Assembly: GCA_041687695.1 (NCBI GenBank)
Contig: JAWLBL010000001.1
Coordinates: 387,461-451,460 of the forward strand
Reading direction: 5' to 3'
DNA from: Myxococcota bacterium
Lineage (GTDB): Bacteria; Myxococcota_A; UBA9042; PHBI01; JAWLBL01
Length of the DNA stretch: 64,000 bases
This document shows positions 59,620 to 64,000 of this stretch, piece after piece (position 1 is the first letter of the stretch; each line of letters begins with the position of its first letter). The translations under genes were made by a program, and so were the position numbers. The notes under the pieces are model-generated. The model searched no databases, had not been told where the DNA came from, and saw nothing but the letters and a program-made list of their open reading frames with translations.

Positions 59620-61188
59620 TCACCCGGATTCGCTGGCGTCGCTGCTCCTTGGCAGGCGCACCGTGAACACCGTGCCCGCCTCCACCGCCGAACGCACGGT
59701 CACCGAGCCCCCGTGCGCCTCCACGATGTGCTTGACGATGAACAGGCCCAGCCCGACGCTGCGGTCGCCCGCTCCCGCGCTCCCGGCCGCCCGCTGCATC
59801 GGCTGGAACAGGCGCTCGCGCGCGTCCTCCGCGATGGGCGCCCCCTCGTTGCGCACCTCGAGCACCACGTCGACGCCCTCGCCCCGCGCCCAGACCGCCA
59901 CCGGAGTGGCCGGCGCGCTGTACTTCAACGCGTTCGCCACCAGGTTCGTCACGACCTGGGCCAGGCGGTCGGCGTCCCAGCACCCCTGCGTGTCGCCTTC
60001 GCTCGACACGACGATGTCACGCTCGGGGAAGTTGGCCCGCACCTCCTCGACCACCTGATGGGTCAGCGCGTGCAGGTCGACGCGCCGCGGCTCCACCGGC
60101 AGCCCCCCGCCGAGGCGCGCCCGGGTCCAGTCCAGGAGGTCCCCGACCAGGCGCGAGGCCCGCTCGGCCGAGCTCAGCACCCGCCGCAGCGCGCCCACGA
60201 CCCGCTCGTCCAGCGGGCCACGACGCAGCAGGCTCGACGTCTGCAGCAAGATGGCGCTCAAGGGGTTGCGCAGGTCGTGGCTCACGATGCCGATGAGCTG
60301 CTGCTCGAACTCCGAGCGCTCACGCGCCTCGGCCGCCAGGCGCTCGGCGCGCTCTCGGGCCGCCTGCTCCCGCGCGAGCAACGCCTCGCGCTCGGCTTCG
60401 TGGCGCTTTTGGGCGCGCAGGTCGCGCGTGACGGTGCCGTATCCGAGCATGCGGTGGGTGTTCGGCTCGCGGATGGCGAAGAAGCTGTGGAACACCGGGA
60501 TGCGCTCGCCCGTGACGAAGTGGTTGAACAGCGTCTCGCCCTCCCAATGCCCCTCGCGCTCGAGCGCCGGGTAGATGACCCGCGCGGCGAACTCGCGCAC
60601 CTCGGGCGCGTAGTAGTTGGGCGTCACCGTCGCCTCGGGCGCCCCCTCGAGGCCGACCAGCCGGCGTCCGGCCGGGTTGACGTAGACCGGCCGCCCCTCG
60701 ACGTCGGCGACGCCGATGAAGTCCCGCGAGTCCTCGACCAGCGCCCCGAGGCGCCGCAGCTCGGCGTGCACGTCGCTACGGTCGGTCACGTCGCGGCCCA
60801 CGAAGTACGACGACCCGTCCTGCGGGCCGGAGGTCACGCGCCAGGCGATCCAGCGGGTCGTCCCGTCGCGGTGCCGGATCCGGTGCTCGAGGTCGACCGT
60901 CGCCTGACCCGCCGCCAGCGCCGCCAGCGCGTCCTGGGACGCAGACACGTCGTCGGGGTGGACGAGATCGATGAACGGCTGCGCGACCAGCTCGGCCTCG
61001 CTCGCGCCGAGCGCCGCGCACAAAGCCGGGTTGACGCGACTCCAGCGCCCCTCGGCGGCGGACCCGACCGCGAGCAGCTCGGCCGACAGATCGAAGAAAC
61101 GCGCGAGGTCTGGCTGCGACGCCGTAGGCTGGGGTTGCGCCCCGCCGCGCGCGCCGTTCGTCCCTCGGGTCCGCTTCCCCATCGCCAC
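59620..61188 (-). CDS. Cytoplasmic PAS-PAS sensor histidine kinase
   Basis: Two PAS/PAC domains (VNPA...LVHPDD; VYVNPAG), IVSHDLRNPL H-box, NLVANALKY, GLGLFIV..IVEAHGG. Confidence 0.93.
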   Translation of the reverse strand: MAMGKRTRGTNGARGGAQPQPTASQPDLARFFDLSAELLAVGSAAEGRWSRVNPALCAALGASEAELVAQPFIDLVHPDDVSASQDALAALAAGQATVDLEHRIRHRDGTTRWIAWRVTSGPQDGSSYFVGRDVTDRSDVHAELRRLGALVEDSRDFIGVADVEGRPVYVNPAGRRLVGLEGAPEATVTPNYYAPEVREFAARVIYPALEREGHWEGETLFNHFVTGERIPVFHSFFAIREPNTHRMLGYGTVTRDLRAQKRHEAEREALLAREQAARERAERLAAEARERSEFEQQLIGIVSHDLRNPLSAILLQTSSLLRRGPLDERVVGALRRVLSSAERASRLVGDLLDWTRARLGGGLPVEPRRVDLHALTHQVVEEVRANFPERDIVVSSEGDTQGCWDADRLAQVVTNLVANALKYSAPATPVAVWARGEGVDVVLEVRNEGAPIAEDARERLFQPMQRAAGSAGAGDRSVGLGLFIVKHIVEAHGGSVTVRSAVEAGTVFTVRLPRSSDASESG

Positions 61189-61250
61189 GCCTCCCGGTCG
61201 ATGGCTCTAGCAGACGCTCGCGGGCCGGTCACCGATGCAGGCTCGATGGC

Positions 61251-61664
61251 CTACGCCACGTGCTCCGGGTCCATCCACAGGACCTCCCAGTGGTGCCCGT
61301 CGGGGTCGTAGAAGCTCCAGGCGTACATGAAGCCGTGGTCCTGCGCGTCCTTGGCGTGCCGGCCGCCGTTGGCGACGGCCTTGGCGACCAGGGCGTCGAC
61401 CTCGGCGCGGCTCGCGCAGGACAGCGCGACGAGCACCTCGGTGTGGGTCGCCGTGTCGCAGATGGCGTTGTCGGTGAAGCCCTGAAAGAAGGGCCGCTGC
61501 AGCAGCATGACGAAGCCGTCGTCGCTGAGGATCATGCAGGCCGCGTTGTCGTCGGTGAATTGCGGGTTGAACTCGAAACCCAAGGCCGTGAAAAAGGCCA
61601 TGGTGCGCTTCAGGTCGGCGACGGGCAGGTTGATGAAGACCTTGCGGGGGTTCTGAACGGCCAT
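61251..61664 (-). CDS. VOC/glyoxalase family protein
   Basis: VFINLPVADLKRTMAFFTALGFEFNPQFTDD..., QDHGFMYAWSFYDPDGHHWEVLWMD; GGAGG SD. Confidence 0.93.
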   Translation of the reverse strand: MAVQNPRKVFINLPVADLKRTMAFFTALGFEFNPQFTDDNAACMILSDDGFVMLLQRPFFQGFTDNAICDTATHTEVLVALSCASRAEVDALVAKAVANGGRHAKDAQDHGFMYAWSFYDPDGHHWEVLWMDPEHVA

Positions 61665-61735
61665 GTCGGGCCTCCGGCGGACGTCGTGGTTCGGCTCGCG
61701 CGAGGCCGCGACGTGCCGCCTCGCTCGCATGCCCC

Positions 61736-61766
61736 TTTGGACCGCCGCGCCAGGCGAGACTCATCG
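61736..61766 (-). promoter_or_regulatory. Candidate ECF (SigG-type) promoter CGATGA-N18-GTCCAAA
   Basis: Between the ECF sigma gene and the VOC gene; spacing counted directly from the sequence. Confidence 0.55.
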
Positions 61767-61797
61767 GCCGCGGCGAAAAAAAACGACCGCGGCTCGC

Positions 61798-62760
61798 CTA
61801 CTCGGCCGGCAGCGCCATCGGCAGCCCGAAGCGCGGGAAGAGCGTCTCGGTGTCCAGGAACGAGGTCCAGCTGGCGATGCGGTCGCCGGACAGCTCGAGC
61901 ACGGCCAGGGCCCACGGCCGATAGCCGCCGTCGGGCGCCAGCTTGTACTGGGCGAAGGTCGGCAGCCCGCACGCCGCGGTCGGCACCAGGCGAGAGCCGC
62001 GACAGGCGGCGCCGCGGCCCAGCAGCCAGGCGCGCACCGCCTCGGGGCCCTGCAGCCACAGCGCGTAGGGCGGCATCGAGAAGACGGCGTCCTCGCGCAG
62101 CAGCGCGGCCAGCGCGTCCGCGTCGTAGCGGTGGAAGGCCTCGACGTACCGCTCGAGCAGCTGGCCCTGCGCGGGCGACAGCGGCTCGACCTCGCGCACG
62201 TCGCGGCTCGCCAGCGTCGCCCGGGCGCGCTGCAGGGCGCTGTTGACGGCGGCCACCGTGGTCTCGAGGGCCTGGGCCACCTCGGCGGCCGACCAGCCCA
62301 GCACCTCGGTCAGCAGCAGGGCCGCGCGCTGCCGCGGGGGCAGGTGCTGCAGCGCCGCCACGAAGGCCAGCCGGATGCTCTGGCGCAAGATGAGCTGTCG
62401 CGCGGGGTCCTCGTCGTCGGGGATGGCGCTCGCGTCGGGCACCGGCTCGAGCCAGTGCGTCCTGGGGCGCGCGACCAGCTCGTCGGTCACCGTCCCGGCG
62501 GGCCCCTCCTCGACCGGGCGGGCGCGCCGCTTGCGGGCGGCCAGCTGGTCCAGGCAGACGTTGGTCGCGATGCGGTACAGCCAGGTGCGCACCGAGGCGC
62601 GCCCGTCGAAGCGCTCGAAGTGCCGCCAGGCGCGGACCATCGTCTCCTGGACGGCGTCGTCGGCGTCGACCACCGAGCCGAGCATCCGATAGCAGTGACC
62701 CGTCAGGGCGGCGCGGTGCGGTTCGAGTGAGGCGACGCTGTCGGCTTGGGTGACGGTCAT
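61798..62760 (-). CDS. ECF sigma-70 factor with C-terminal SnoaL-like domain (SigG-like)
   Basis: [84 protein letters not shown]. Confidence 0.92.
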   Translation of the reverse strand: MTVTQADSVASLEPHRAALTGHCYRMLGSVVDADDAVQETMVRAWRHFERFDGRASVRTWLYRIATNVCLDQLAARKRRARPVEEGPAGTVTDELVARPRTHWLEPVPDASAIPDDEDPARQLILRQSIRLAFVAALQHLPPRQRAALLLTEVLGWSAAEVAQALETTVAAVNSALQRARATLASRDVREVEPLSPAQGQLLERYVEAFHRYDADALAALLREDAVFSMPPYALWLQGPEAVRAWLLGRGAACRGSRLVPTAACGLPTFAQYKLAPDGGYRPWALAVLELSGDRIASWTSFLDTETLFPRFGLPMALPAE

Positions 62761-62817
62761 GGTGTGGGATCTAGCACTGCCCCCCCGGCCGCGTCGACCC
62801 TGGCGCCGGGGCGCCGC

Positions 62818-63729
62818 TCAACCCACCAGGAACACGTTGTCGGGCAGCCCCGCGGCGGCCCACAGCCGCGTGCCCAGCAGGTAGAAGAGCAGCAGCGCCG
62901 TGCCCAGGTGCGTCAGGTTGATGCAGTCGGCGCGCGTCAGGCCCCGGCGAAAGCGCGGGCGATAGAAGGCCAGCTGCACCGCGGGCGCCGCCAGCATCAG
63001 GCCCTCCTTCAGCCCGACCAGCCCGCCCAGCACGCCGGCCGCCAGGATGACGACCGACAGGGCCAGCAGCCCGTCGATGATCTGCCGCGACCGCTCGGCC
63101 CCGTGGACCACCGGGTAGGTCGGCACCTTCGCCAGGCGGTCGCCCTCGAGGTCCCTGAGATCATAGAGGATCTCGTAGGTGATCTCGAAGGCGACGAAGA
63201 AGGCGGCGAGCAGCGCGACGGCCGCCCAGCCGCCCGGATGCGCCACGGTCCAGGCGTTCACGGCCAGCGGGTAGATGAAGACGGTCAGCACGAACAGAGC
63301 CGCGCTCATGAAGTTCTTGAAGAAGTAGAGGTCCTTGAAGCGGCGCAGCCCGCGCAGGGTCGGCACCAGCGGCACCGAGTAACCCAGCCCGATGACCTGC
63401 ACGACGACACGCAGCCAGGTCAGCTCGGGGAAGGCCACCAGGGTCCAGGCGAAGGAGCCGACCTGGATGACGACCCAGGCGATCGTGAAGCCGCGCAGGT
63501 GCCGCGCGACCCGCTCGGTGCCGCGGATCTCGTTGGCCAGGTCCTCCTCGAGGTCCGTGATGCGGTTGAGCAGGTTGATGAGCAGCCAGTCCAGCCCGCC
63601 GACCAGGGCGATGGCCCACGGGTACTCGCCGGTGAACAGCCAACCGAAGACCAGGGCGGCCGCCATGGCGATGCCGATGATGTGCAAGCGCAAGATGGAG
63701 CCGAGATCGGCGATGGCCTCGAGTCGCAT
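62818..63729 (-). CDS. UbiA-family prenyltransferase
   Basis: Asp-rich motifs NRITDLEEDLAN and YDLRDLEGD...VPT.PV..G; multiple TM helices; GGAGG SD. Confidence 0.85.
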   Translation of the reverse strand: MRLEAIADLGSILRLHIIGIAMAAALVFGWLFTGEYPWAIALVGGLDWLLINLLNRITDLEEDLANEIRGTERVARHLRGFTIAWVVIQVGSFAWTLVAFPELTWLRVVVQVIGLGYSVPLVPTLRGLRRFKDLYFFKNFMSAALFVLTVFIYPLAVNAWTVAHPGGWAAVALLAAFFVAFEITYEILYDLRDLEGDRLAKVPTYPVVHGAERSRQIIDGLLALSVVILAAGVLGGLVGLKEGLMLAAPAVQLAFYRPRFRRGLTRADCINLTHLGTALLLFYLLGTRLWAAAGLPDNVFLVG

Positions 63730-63817
63730 GCGTCCTCCGGGGTTCGCGCGCCTCGTTTACCGGAAGGCGCGGCGATTGACACGCGTGTCGTTGACACGGC
63801 CCGCCGTGGCGACGATG

Positions 63818-63839
63818 CTCTTGGTCAGATGACCAAGAG
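63818..63839. promoter_or_regulatory. Perfect inverted repeat CTCTTGGTCA-GA-TGACCAAGAG, likely TetR operator
   Basis: 10-bp arms overlapping the TetR start codon, downstream of TTGACA (63791-63796)-N17-GATGCT. Confidence 0.7.
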
Positions 63840-64000
63840 GCCGAACACCCCGGTCGTGACGACCGCCCCGCGCGCCGACGACGTGGCCCTGCAGGCCGCC
63901 GCGAAGCTGTTTCGCGTCAAGGGCTTCGCCGGGACGACGGTGCGCGAGATCGCCGCCGAGGCCGGGATGCTCCCGGGCAGCCTGCACTACCGCTACCCGA
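63829..64000 (+). CDS. TetR/AcrR-family regulator, 5' part only
   Basis: Not in ORF track. Manual translation MTKRPNTPVVTTAPRADDVALQAAAKLFRVKGFAGTTVREIAAEAGMLPGSLHYRYP = TetR HTH. Confidence 0.9.
   Translation, partial: MTKRPNTPVVTTAPRADDVALQAAAKLFRVKGFAGTTVREIAAEAGMLPGSLHYRYP

Overview
Very GC-rich bacterial chromosomal segment, most likely Myxococcota (MYXO-CTERM-type C-terminal sorting signals, giant Cys-rich lipoproteins). About 45 real genes are present; most long ORFs in the supplied track are antisense or off-frame shadows. Recognisable genes: prfC, infA, phnA-phnY, an FKBP PPIase, a SWIM-SNF2 helicase, a SigG-like ECF sigma factor next to a VOC gene, a PAS histidine kinase, a UbiA prenyltransferase and a TetR regulator. 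Less-understood content: (i) a translationally coupled 8-gene MoxR/DUF58/VWA/ABC operon; (ii) two collinear ~1,700-1,800 aa Cys-rich lipoprotein paralogs; (iii) an accessory patch (19.5-24.8 kb) with an XRE/MmyB regulator, its palindromic operator, a C39-like peptidase, a 6 x 42-bp double-hairpin array whose core resembles that operator, orphan antitoxin-like ORFs and REP/REPIN-like palindromic elements; (iv) apparent pseudoenzymes (transglutaminase-like, rhomboid). No rRNA, tRNA, CRISPR array, integrase or transposase was recognised. All assignments come from motifs read by eye; no database searches were run.
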